Source of the DNA: Sulfuricurvum sp.
Lineage (GTDB): Bacteria > Campylobacterota > Campylobacteria > Campylobacterales > Sulfurimonadaceae
Direction of reading: 5' to 3'
NCBI RefSeq assembly: GCF_023229695.1
Contig: NZ_JALNYS010000014.1
Location: forward strand, 20,540 to 84,539
DNA: 64,000 nt
Numbering within the stretch: the first letter of the stretch is position 1; the number at the start of each line of letters is the position of its first letter. The translations under genes and the position numbers were made by a program. Positions 56,713 to 64,000 of this stretch are shown here, piece after piece. Below the pieces are notes generated by a model. That model saw only the letters and a list, made by a program, of their open reading frames with translations, made no database searches and was not told the DNA's origin.

Positions 56713-56857
56713 TCTTACCTTTCGTACTTTGTCTAAACAACTGTACAAAGGTTAGTAATCTCTCGTATCCGAAAGATACGGGAAGCTTTAGGGGGGTGCA
56801 GGGGACAATTTGTCCCTGCCACTTTACGGGCTTCGCCCGAAAAGTGCGTATCATCAG
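56713..56857 (-). mobile_element. MITE copy 3 (inverted orientation, one half diverged, TSD GAAAA)
   Basis: 56784-56857 is a near-exact reverse complement of the left 74 bp of copies 1 and 2. 56713-56783 is recognisably related but diverged. GAAAA is present at 56708-56712 and 56858-56862. Confidence 0.65.
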
Positions 56858-56887
56858 TGAAAATGTTTGAAGTGAGGATAAGAGAGA

Positions 56888-57592
56888 ATGGAAACGGAGT
56901 TTAAAAGCACGTTAAAATCGATAAAAATGCTTTATATTATCGAAGATGGAGTGGCTCACGATTATCATGTCATGCCTTTTGAATTGATGTGTGAACGGAT
57001 TCATCTGAGCGATTTTAACAATGGATGGGGAGATTATTTAAAGATAGAGCCCAATATGGTGATGATCCATACGGTGTCGAATTTTCATTTCTGTGAGGAG
57101 ATTGTCCGTAAAATTCAGAAAATCAATCCTCAATGCCCCTTTTTAATCCTCACCGAGGAGGTATTTCGAGAATCGGTTCTGCATCTTCCGATAGGAGAGA
57201 ACAGCAGAACCCTTTTTCTCCCCATTACGTTCGAAGAGATGGTGCGGGCATTGAAGGAGATTATCGAATCCAACAGCATAACCTATTTTCTGCGGGATCA
57301 AATATTTTTTGAACCGTCGAACAGCGTCTTGATTCGCGATAAGAAGCGGGTGCCGCTAACATCGAAAGAGAATAAACTGCTCCTCTACCTGATTCACAAC
57401 AGCCATCGAATCGTCTCGTATGAGGAAATTGAAAATTATGTATGGGGAGATACGGCGATGAACCGAAATACCCTGACCACCATCATCAGCAATCTCCGGA
57501 AAAAAGCGGGGAATCAACCCTTTTTGGAAAATCATTCAAATCAGGGATATAAGATTCTTCTTCATAATCTTGTAGTAAAAAAAGAACTCTAG
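56888..57592 (+). CDS. OmpR/PhoB-type winged-helix regulator with degenerate receiver domain
   Basis: C-terminal LTSKENKLLLYLIHNSHRIVSYEEIENYVWGD...TLTTIISNLRKK...GYKI. The N-terminal REC-like fold reads MVMIHTVSN where the phospho-acceptor Asp is expected. The start could be 56888 or 56927. Confidence 0.7.
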   Translation: METEFKSTLKSIKMLYIIEDGVAHDYHVMPFELMCERIHLSDFNNGWGDYLKIEPNMVMIHTVSNFHFCEEIVRKIQKINPQCPFLILTEEVFRESVLHLPIGENSRTLFLPITFEEMVRALKEIIESNSITYFLRDQIFFEPSNSVLIRDKKRVPLTSKENKLLLYLIHNSHRIVSYEEIENYVWGDTAMNRNTLTTIISNLRKKAGNQPFLENHSNQGYKILLHNLVVKKEL

Positions 57593-57689
57593 TCTATTTG
57601 TGCGCGCCCTTTGGCAAGAAGAGGAGCGGTTTATCAAAAGATCATCAAAAAACATGTTATAATATGTTACTGTTACTATGTAGGGTGAA

Positions 57690-59201
57690 ATGAGAAAAAT
57701 TTTATTTTTATTGCTTCTGATCTCCTTCTCGTCGGTGGGTGTTTATGCACAGGCAAAGAGACAGGTTTTTATTCTTCACTCCTATTCTCAGGAGTACACC
57801 TGGACCAAATCTCAGCATCAAAATTTCATCTTTGCTTTCGATAATACGTTTCCCTCCGTCAATTTTGCAGCCGAATATCTTGATACGAAACGGGTTAAAA
57901 TGGACGGCGTATACGAGAATTTCATGCTGCGCTATCTTCAGGAAAAATACAAAGGGTATCGTCCCGATATCATCTATGTGACCGACGACGATGCCTTGAC
58001 ATTTTTCATGCACCACCGCAGCGAGTTATTCCCCCAGGTTCCGATCGTTTTTTCGGGGGTCAATAATTTAAACCTTCAGGGGAGACTCGATTCGGAGAAA
58101 TTTACCGGTGTTTATGAAACCAAAGATATTCTCCCCAATATCGATCTAATCCATCAGCTATCGCCGCAAACGAGGGATATCTGGATTGTCGGAGATGCAT
58201 CCACCACCTATCAATCGATTGAAGAGGAGATTCGGCGAAAAATTAAAGATTTTACGAAATACCGTTTCCATTTTTTATCGGGGGAACGGATATCGGATAT
58301 CGTCGATCATCTTCCCCGTCGGCAAAAAACCTTTGTAATTCTGACGACGATCGGAAAATGGACCGACGAGAGAGGGGATAATATGGCGATCAAAAATTCG
58401 ATCGCCACCTTGTTGAAACTCCCCAATATCGTTTTATTGAGTATGGAAGATGCCTATGTGGGGAGCGGTGCGGTCGGAGGTTTTGTAAGCAGCGCAAAGG
58501 AGCAGGGGAGCGGTGCGGCGGGATTGGCTATCCGCTATTTGCGAGGGGAGCCGTTTCGCGATATCCGCTCTCTCGACAAAAGTCCGAATATTTATATGTT
58601 TGACCGCAATGCATTAATCCGTTCGCGATTGATTCTTTCGGAGTATACCGCGCGAAACGCAACGATGCTTTATCCGGAAAAAAGTTTTTTTGATCTTTAT
58701 CAAAATATACTGATCAACGTGCTGTTTGTGTTATTTCTCCTGTTATTGATTTTCAGCGTCTTTGCTTTCTTTTTGTTTCGTGAAAAAAATCGTCAAATCG
58801 AGTTTCATAAACACGATTGTACGGAGTTTCGAACCCTCTCGGCAAAACTGAAGAATCTGTTTGAAACGGTGGAAAATAGCTTTCATCTTGGATACTGGCA
58901 GTGGGAACTCGGGGACGGTAGCGTCGTCTGTTCGGACGGCCTCGGGAAAATACTCCAAACGGATACCGGCGACGTGAGGGATATCGATACGATGATGCTG
59001 TCGATTTATCCTGCGGACAAATCATTGCTTCACACCATGATTAAAGAGGTGATGGAAACTTGTTCGGTCCGAAAATTTCACCATAAAATAGTGGCTCAAG
59101 ACGGCAACGTCGAATCCGTCGTCCATCGGATTTCCCCGATTACAAATGAGGAGGGGGAGATTAAAACTCTCATAGGTTTGGTGCAGAAACTTGATCTCTA
59201 A
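57690..59201 (+). CDS. Sensor protein: periplasmic ABC-substrate-binding-like domain + TM + single PAS, no output domain
   Basis: Signal peptide. RQVFILHSYSQEYTWTKSQ... (typical of PF04392-like sensor input domains). A TM segment at ~aa 340-365. C-terminal PAS (GYWQWELGDGSVVCSDGL...). Ends 11 nt into the next gene. Confidence 0.7.
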   Translation: MRKILFLLLLISFSSVGVYAQAKRQVFILHSYSQEYTWTKSQHQNFIFAFDNTFPSVNFAAEYLDTKRVKMDGVYENFMLRYLQEKYKGYRPDIIYVTDDDALTFFMHHRSELFPQVPIVFSGVNNLNLQGRLDSEKFTGVYETKDILPNIDLIHQLSPQTRDIWIVGDASTTYQSIEEEIRRKIKDFTKYRFHFLSGERISDIVDHLPRRQKTFVILTTIGKWTDERGDNMAIKNSIATLLKLPNIVLLSMEDAYVGSGAVGGFVSSAKEQGSGAAGLAIRYLRGEPFRDIRSLDKSPNIYMFDRNALIRSRLILSEYTARNATMLYPEKSFFDLYQNILINVLFVLFLLLLIFSVFAFFLFREKNRQIEFHKHDCTEFRTLSAKLKNLFETVENSFHLGYWQWELGDGSVVCSDGLGKILQTDTGDVRDIDTMMLSIYPADKSLLHTMIKEVMETCSVRKFHHKIVAQDGNVESVVHRISPITNEEGEIKTLIGLVQKLDL

Positions 59202-59775
59202 AAAAGCGGTTCTCGCAATGGTCGTATTGACTCTTTTTGCGATGGGGGCCCCATTGCTGTTTTCGGCCCTTTTTTCGAATCAGAATCAGGGAAAAATCGA
59301 AGTCAACCGGCCGATTGAGGCAGAGTACCTGAGGGGGGGAAAAGAAGAGCTGCAACTCGTTTTTTTCGGCTATGTCGGATGTACGAAGATATGTACCCCT
59401 ATTTTGCATCAGTTAAGCGATTTTTATCAATCGAAAGCGTTTGAACCGTTGAAGGGGAGTGTCGGATTTACCTTTGTCAATCTGATGCCCGAGGTCACTC
59501 CCGACCAACCCGGAATATTTGCCCAGTCGTTTAATCCGGCGTTTCGGGGAGTCTATTTGACGCAGCGCCGGTTAATGGATATTGATCGCGATTTCAACCT
59601 GTTTTTTTCAAAGAGTATCCAAGATGCCGGCGAAATCAACCATAGCGATTACGTCTACCTCGTCCGTACGGAAAAAAACGGCGATTTGAAACTGATCACC
59701 ATCTACATGACCCATCCGCTGAAAAGGGATACCATTGTAGAGGATATTCTCGCATACCAAAAGGGGATGAAATGA
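59191..59775 (+). CDS. SCO1/SenC-like thioredoxin-fold protein, paralogue of 23422..23988
   Basis: LVFFGYVGCTKICTPIL (CxxxC) and INHSDYVYLV (conserved His). N-terminal TM segment. An alternative ATG start lies at 59218. Confidence 0.75.
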   Translation: MISKKAVLAMVVLTLFAMGAPLLFSALFSNQNQGKIEVNRPIEAEYLRGGKEELQLVFFGYVGCTKICTPILHQLSDFYQSKAFEPLKGSVGFTFVNLMPEVTPDQPGIFAQSFNPAFRGVYLTQRRLMDIDRDFNLFFSKSIQDAGEINHSDYVYLVRTEKNGDLKLITIYMTHPLKRDTIVEDILAYQKGMK

Positions 59776-61700
59776 ACCGATCCATGACGAATTTGTTTAC
59801 ACTCCCGAAAATTCCGCCATTTGCACGTGAAAATTTTGATGCGAGTTTTGTCCAGGCAGACAAAGTGATGATGGTACTGCTCCTTGTACAGTGGGCGATT
59901 GCCACGTTTATCACCTCCGTCAGTTTTGATACCTATCTGTACGGTTTCATTAGCGGGGGGAGCATTACCCTCAGCGCTTTGGGGGTATACCGCTATTATA
60001 AAGGGACGCAGCTGATGCGTGTCGTCGCTGCGATTGCGATGATGCTTTTTTCGGTTGTCTATATTCAGCAGCATTACGGCCGAATTGAAATGCATTTTCA
60101 TGTTTTTATCGCGATGGCCATCTTATCGTTGTACAAGGATATCGTTCCGGTTGTCGTTGCGGCGATGACGACGATACTGCATCACTTTGTCTTTAATTAT
60201 CTTCAGTTGTATGAGGTGTCGTTGTTTGATATGCCGGTCATGGTGTTCAATTACGGGTGCGGTATCGATATCGTCTTGCTGCACGGCGTATTTGTACTCG
60301 TCGAAGTGATTGTGATCGCCTATATTATCAAGCTTCAGATCGAATACGGGGTGGAACTGAACCGGAGTGAAAATCAGATTTTGGGGCTGAACGAAGAGCT
60401 CAGCTACACCTCGATGCACGATACCCTTACCGGGCTTCCCAATCGCCAGAGCCTCCGTTCGAAACTCAACCTGATTTTGGCCAATGCCGATCGGAATCAG
60501 AAGAAATTTGCCGTTTTATTTCTCGATCTGGACCATTTTAAAAATGTCAACGATACCCTCGGACACGTCGTCGGAGATGCATTGCTTAAAACCGTTGCCA
60601 AAAAACTGACATCGATTGTCCGTGCCAATGATGTGGTCTCCCGAATCGGCGGGGATGAGTTTATCATCATTCTAAACGAGGTCAAAGAGAATACGGCACT
60701 GGAAAATGTCATCATCAAAATTCTTGAGGCATTCCGGAAAGAGTGGATTATTCAGGGCCATTTTCTCCGATTGTCGGTGAGTATCGGGGCCTCCGTCTAT
60801 CCGGACGATTCGAAAGAGATCGATGAACTGATGAAATTTGCCGATATCGCGATGTACAAAGCCAAAGCCGAGGGGCGCGATCAGTTCAGCTTCTTTACCG
60901 GCGAACTCAACCGTAAAATTCATGAAGAGGTTGAAATCGCCAACGATATGTTCCGCGCTCTGGAGGAGGAGGAATTTCTCCTCTATCTTCAGCCCAAAAT
61001 TGAGATTGCAACGGGCAAAATCATCGGGGCCGAAGCACTGATCCGCTGGAATCATTGTACCAAAGGGCTCATTTATCCGAACAGCTTTATCCCTATCGCC
61101 GAAAATAACGGGTTCATTTTAAAACTGGGGACATGGATTTTGTACGAAACGGCGCGGATGATCCGACGTCTGGAGAGGGCCGGTTATAACGACATCCATA
61201 TCTCCTGTAACGTATCGACGCGCCAGTTTCAAAATCTCAATATGTATTCCGATATCGACACGGCTATCCGCGAACACGGGATCAATCCGAATCTTTTCGC
61301 GATCGAAATTACCGAAAGCGTCATGATGCAGTATCTTGAAGTGACCCTCGAAGTGCTCAAAAAAATCAAAAATCTCGGAGTCCATATCTGCATGGACGAT
61401 TTTGGGACAGGGTATTCATCGCTCTCCTATCTTCAGAAATTTCCGATCGATTCGTTGAAAATCGATAAAAGTTTTGTAGACGATATCTCCGAAAACGGCG
61501 ATAACGAACACATTCTGATCAATACAATCATTGCAATGGGGCAGACGCTGAACCTTCATGTCATCGCCGAAGGGGTCGAAGAGAGCTACCAGGAAGAGTA
61601 TCTCAAAAGTCGCGGATGTTCCTATTATCAGGGGTACTATTTCTCAAAACCGATCGGGGAAGAGCGTTTTTTCGAGCTTTTGGCCCGAAACCGTTCTTGA
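59772..61700 (+). CDS. GGDEF-EAL protein with the same 6-TM His-containing input domain as the MCP at 23985
   Basis: The N-terminal domain carries IEMHF, YKDIVPV and LHHFVFNYLQL. RIGGDEFIIIL, GAEALIRW and the EAL-domain DDFGTGYSSLSYL follow. ATGA overlap with the SCO-like gene. Confidence 0.9.
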   Translation: MNRSMTNLFTLPKIPPFARENFDASFVQADKVMMVLLLVQWAIATFITSVSFDTYLYGFISGGSITLSALGVYRYYKGTQLMRVVAAIAMMLFSVVYIQQHYGRIEMHFHVFIAMAILSLYKDIVPVVVAAMTTILHHFVFNYLQLYEVSLFDMPVMVFNYGCGIDIVLLHGVFVLVEVIVIAYIIKLQIEYGVELNRSENQILGLNEELSYTSMHDTLTGLPNRQSLRSKLNLILANADRNQKKFAVLFLDLDHFKNVNDTLGHVVGDALLKTVAKKLTSIVRANDVVSRIGGDEFIIILNEVKENTALENVIIKILEAFRKEWIIQGHFLRLSVSIGASVYPDDSKEIDELMKFADIAMYKAKAEGRDQFSFFTGELNRKIHEEVEIANDMFRALEEEEFLLYLQPKIEIATGKIIGAEALIRWNHCTKGLIYPNSFIPIAENNGFILKLGTWILYETARMIRRLERAGYNDIHISCNVSTRQFQNLNMYSDIDTAIREHGINPNLFAIEITESVMMQYLEVTLEVLKKIKNLGVHICMDDFGTGYSSLSYLQKFPIDSLKIDKSFVDDISENGDNEHILINTIIAMGQTLNLHVIAEGVEESYQEEYLKSRGCSYYQGYYFSKPIGEERFFELLARNRS

Positions 61701-61704
61701 GCAA

Positions 61705-62043
61705 TCACTGCATTAAATAGCTCTCTGCCCGCTCAAAAGCGGTGATCGAACTGTTGCAGTAGCTTCGGTTGTTGCTCACCGAATGGATTCTTTTCGTATA
61801 TCGGGTGCACAGCATTGCGAGGATACCGAGCAACCGTTGATTGACGATCCCCTCTCCATCTTTTCCGTAGGTGATGTAGTCGTTGAGTGCACGGATATCT
61901 TCATCGTCGTCATGGGCAAACTCTTCCAGAAACTGGGAACATACCTCGTAGCTTTTATCCCCTTCCGTTTCAATATCAATATAAAGAATGGAATCGTTGT
62001 TTTTTGCTCTAAAAGAGTGTAGGGCATGACTAAACATGATCAA
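61705..62043 (-). CDS. Hypothetical protein (112 aa)
   Basis: ORF with an acidic central region. No recognisable motif. The start codon is uncertain. Confidence 0.4.
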   Translation of the reverse strand: MIMFSHALHSFRAKNNDSILYIDIETEGDKSYEVCSQFLEEFAHDDDEDIRALNDYITYGKDGEGIVNQRLLGILAMLCTRYTKRIHSVSNNRSYCNSSITAFERAESYLMQ

Positions 62044-62141
62044 TCTCTCCTTTTGATTTTCGGATTCAATATCTTACTTCCCCTTTATTTCCGGACGGAA
62101 ACAAAATAGGGGGATGAGGTTACTTTTCGGTTACGGGATAA

Positions 62142-63284
62142 ATGAAAAATTATCGGCATAATTTCGCCATGATACGGGTAGAAATGGACGATTTGAATCG
62201 ATCGGATGCAAAGCTTTTCGTGAGGGGAGATTGGACCAAAGAGAAGTTGGACGATGCGAATCGCAGGGAGGAAAATATCGCGTCGGTTTCGGATGTTCAG
62301 GTCACTTTTGATTTTAGCGAGTGTACCCGGATCGATTCTGCGGGCGCCGTTGAAATCATCCGGCTCAAAAACAGACTGATTCAGAACCGTTGCACGCTCC
62401 TTTTTGTCCATCAAAACGAAGAGGATGCCAGACTTTTAAATTTTTATGAAAAAAATTTTCATGCCAAACCGGATAGCCGCCGACAAAAAACGTTCTCGAT
62501 CGAGGGTATCGGGATGAGGATAGTTGAGCGGTTTAAAGGGATCGGGGAGTTTTTAACGTTTATCGGTGCAATGGTTTTTGCCGTCGCGAAAATAGTTGTT
62601 TCTCCGTGGAAATTTCGTTTTACCGCTTTTGTACGGCATGTCGATACCTCCGCGATCGGAGCGATCCCGATTATCGCGATTTTATCCTTTTTGATAGGGG
62701 TTGTCATTGCGTATCAATCCGCCGGTTATCTGAGCAAAATCGGGGGGGATATTTTTATCGTTGATTTGAGTGTGATGTCCGTTTTTCGGGAACTTTCGCC
62801 GATGATAACGGCCATTTTGATCGCGGCACGAAGCGCCAGCTCGTTTACGGCCCAGATCGGGACGATGAAAATAACTGAAGAGATCGATGCGATGCGGACG
62901 ATGGGATTTGACCCGTTTATTTTTCTGGTCGTGCCGAGAGTTTTTGCTCTGATCCTGACGATGCCGTTTTTGATTTTCATTGCTGATATGGCGGGAATGC
63001 TCGGAGCTTTGGGCGTCGCGACCTTTCATCTGGGGATTAGTCCGAATGCATTTATGGACCGGATGTATCTGGAAGTTTCGGTGAACGAATTCTATGTCGG
63101 TTTGGCGAAATCACCGATTTACGGGGGGATCGTCGCCATCGTCGGGTGTTATCGGGGGTTTCAGGTGAAGGGGAGTACCGACAGTATCGGGGCTTATACG
63201 ACCAAAAGTGTCGTGAGTGCCATCTTCTGGGTCATCATCTGCGATGCGTGCATTGCGATAGCCCTGACAAAGCTGGGCATATGA
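62142..63284 (+). CDS. MlaE-family ABC permease with N-terminal STAS-like domain
   Basis: LSPMITAILIAARSASSFTAQIGTMKITEEIDAMRTMGFDPFIFLVVPRV (MlaE signature). The N-terminal ~110 aa are STAS-like. Confidence 0.85.
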   Translation: MKNYRHNFAMIRVEMDDLNRSDAKLFVRGDWTKEKLDDANRREENIASVSDVQVTFDFSECTRIDSAGAVEIIRLKNRLIQNRCTLLFVHQNEEDARLLNFYEKNFHAKPDSRRQKTFSIEGIGMRIVERFKGIGEFLTFIGAMVFAVAKIVVSPWKFRFTAFVRHVDTSAIGAIPIIAILSFLIGVVIAYQSAGYLSKIGGDIFIVDLSVMSVFRELSPMITAILIAARSASSFTAQIGTMKITEEIDAMRTMGFDPFIFLVVPRVFALILTMPFLIFIADMAGMLGALGVATFHLGISPNAFMDRMYLEVSVNEFYVGLAKSPIYGGIVAIVGCYRGFQVKGSTDSIGAYTTKSVVSAIFWVIICDACIAIALTKLGI

Positions 63285-64000
63285 ATCCTGTTATCAAGGT
63301 GGAGAACATCGTTACGAAACTGGGGAACCGCCTGATTCACGACAAGATCTCGTTTGAGGTCAACCGGTCGGAAATATTCGGGATACTGGGGGGGAGCGGT
63401 GCGGGCAAATCGACCCTGATTCGTCAACTTCTGATGCTGGAGACATTCCAATCGGGCACCATTGAGATTTTGGGAACGTCGCTGCACCGTATCACGGAAA
63501 AAAAAGCCGATATCTTGCGCCAAAAATGGGCGGTTCTGTTTCAGTTCGGTGCCCTTTTCTCCTCCCTGAGCGTACTGGAAAATATTGCTCTGCCGCTGAT
63601 CGAATATACCCGGCTCCCCAAAGAGCTGATCGACAATATGGCCATGACAAAGCTCAGTATGGTGGGGCTCCCCCCTTCGGCCGCCTCTCTCTACCCCGGC
63701 GAACTCAGCGGCGGGATGAAAAAAAGGGTGGGGCTGGCACGGGCTCTCGCCCTTGATCCCGAGCTCCTTTTTCTGGATGAACCGACCAGCGGACTCGATC
63801 CTGCCAGTGCCGAAGCGTTTGACAGACTGATCGTGGAACTGAGAGATATACTGGGGTTCAGTGTGATCATCGTCACGCACGATCTGGATACGATCAAAAG
63901 TACGCTGGATCGCTTTATCGTCCTTCACGACCATAAGATTTGCTTTGAGGGCAGCTACGGGGAGGCACTGCAAAGTGATGTGGCGTTTTTGAAAGATTTT
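63281..64000 (+). CDS. MlaF-like ABC ATPase, 3' end outside the window
   Basis: The ATG at 63281 overlaps the permease stop. The translation reads MNPVIKVENIVTKLGNRLIHDKISFEVNRSEIFGILGGSGAGKSTL...LSGGMKKRVGLARAL...LFLDEPTSGLD. The frame is open to the window end and is not in the ORF track because there is no stop. Confidence 0.85.
   Translation, partial: MNPVIKVENIVTKLGNRLIHDKISFEVNRSEIFGILGGSGAGKSTLIRQLLMLETFQSGTIEILGTSLHRITEKKADILRQKWAVLFQFGALFSSLSVLENIALPLIEYTRLPKELIDNMAMTKLSMVGLPPSAASLYPGELSGGMKKRVGLARALALDPELLFLDEPTSGLDPASAEAFDRLIVELRDILGFSVIIVTHDLDTIKSTLDRFIVLHDHKICFEGSYGEALQSDVAFLKDF

Noticed and set aside
63194-63973. 259-aa ORF on the - strand
   Set aside because: Antisense to the MlaF-like ABC ATPase. 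That gene is open to the window end and shows Walker A, signature and Walker B motifs, so the + strand gene is the real one.
1-64000. CRISPR arrays, rRNA genes, group II introns/retrons
   Set aside because: No regularly spaced 25-40-bp direct repeats, no rRNA-like segments and no reverse-transcriptase ORF were seen on either strand.

Overview
This window looks like a chromosomal segment from a Campylobacterota (epsilonproteobacterium-type) genome. That assignment is inferred only from gene content and synteny: rpsO-rrf2-flhA; a FlpA-like FN3 lipoprotein-trmB-ftsE/ftsX-M23 peptidase; rluD/rodA; and a sigma54-type promoter upstream of flgH. Higher-GC housekeeping blocks include an ABC-F ATPase, DHH phosphoesterase, flhA, rpsO, kdsB, trpC, flgH, a P-type ATPase, ftsEX-envC-like genes, trmB, rluD, rodA and an Mla-like ABC transporter. 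Visibly AT-rich accessory blocks interrupt them. (1) 1-6.4 kb holds a 5'-truncated large protein that resembles the C-terminal part of a STAND NTPase, a pentapeptide-repeat protein, a RelB/RelE-type TA pair with an orphan BrnA-like antitoxin, and an ABC-type ATPase + Toprim-like gene pair. (2) 15.5-20.3 kb is a defence islet with an AbiL-like RloA/RloB pair, MntA/HepT, and a DUF1016/YhcG nuclease flanked by two fic 5' remnants. (3) 41-51.7 kb lies directly downstream of a tRNA(CAU). It carries Fic, an orphan P-loop ATPase, an IS21-family element (istA/istB) lying between an outer pair of perfect 18-bp inverted repeats, AbiEi/AbiEii, a Bro-N protein, a thioredoxin and HipBA. No integrase is present. 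(4) 51.9-61.7 kb is a c-di-GMP signalling cluster. The observations I consider most worth follow-up are these. (a) A two-gene cassette occurs twice: an SCO/SenC-like CxxxC protein whose stop overlaps (ATGA) the start of a protein with a conserved His-containing 6-TM input domain, once with an MCP output and once with a GGDEF-EAL output. (b) A structured 147-bp MITE is present in three copies, each flanked by its own 5-bp target-site duplication. (c) A circularly permuted ATP-grasp/alpha-E operon is paired with one intact and one ligand-substituted AstE/AspA-type deacylase. (d) Homopolymeric G tracts lie inside flhA (G8) and the ATP-grasp gene (G9). No CRISPR array, rRNA or prophage structural module was seen. 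All functional calls rest on motifs read from the supplied translations; no database search was possible.
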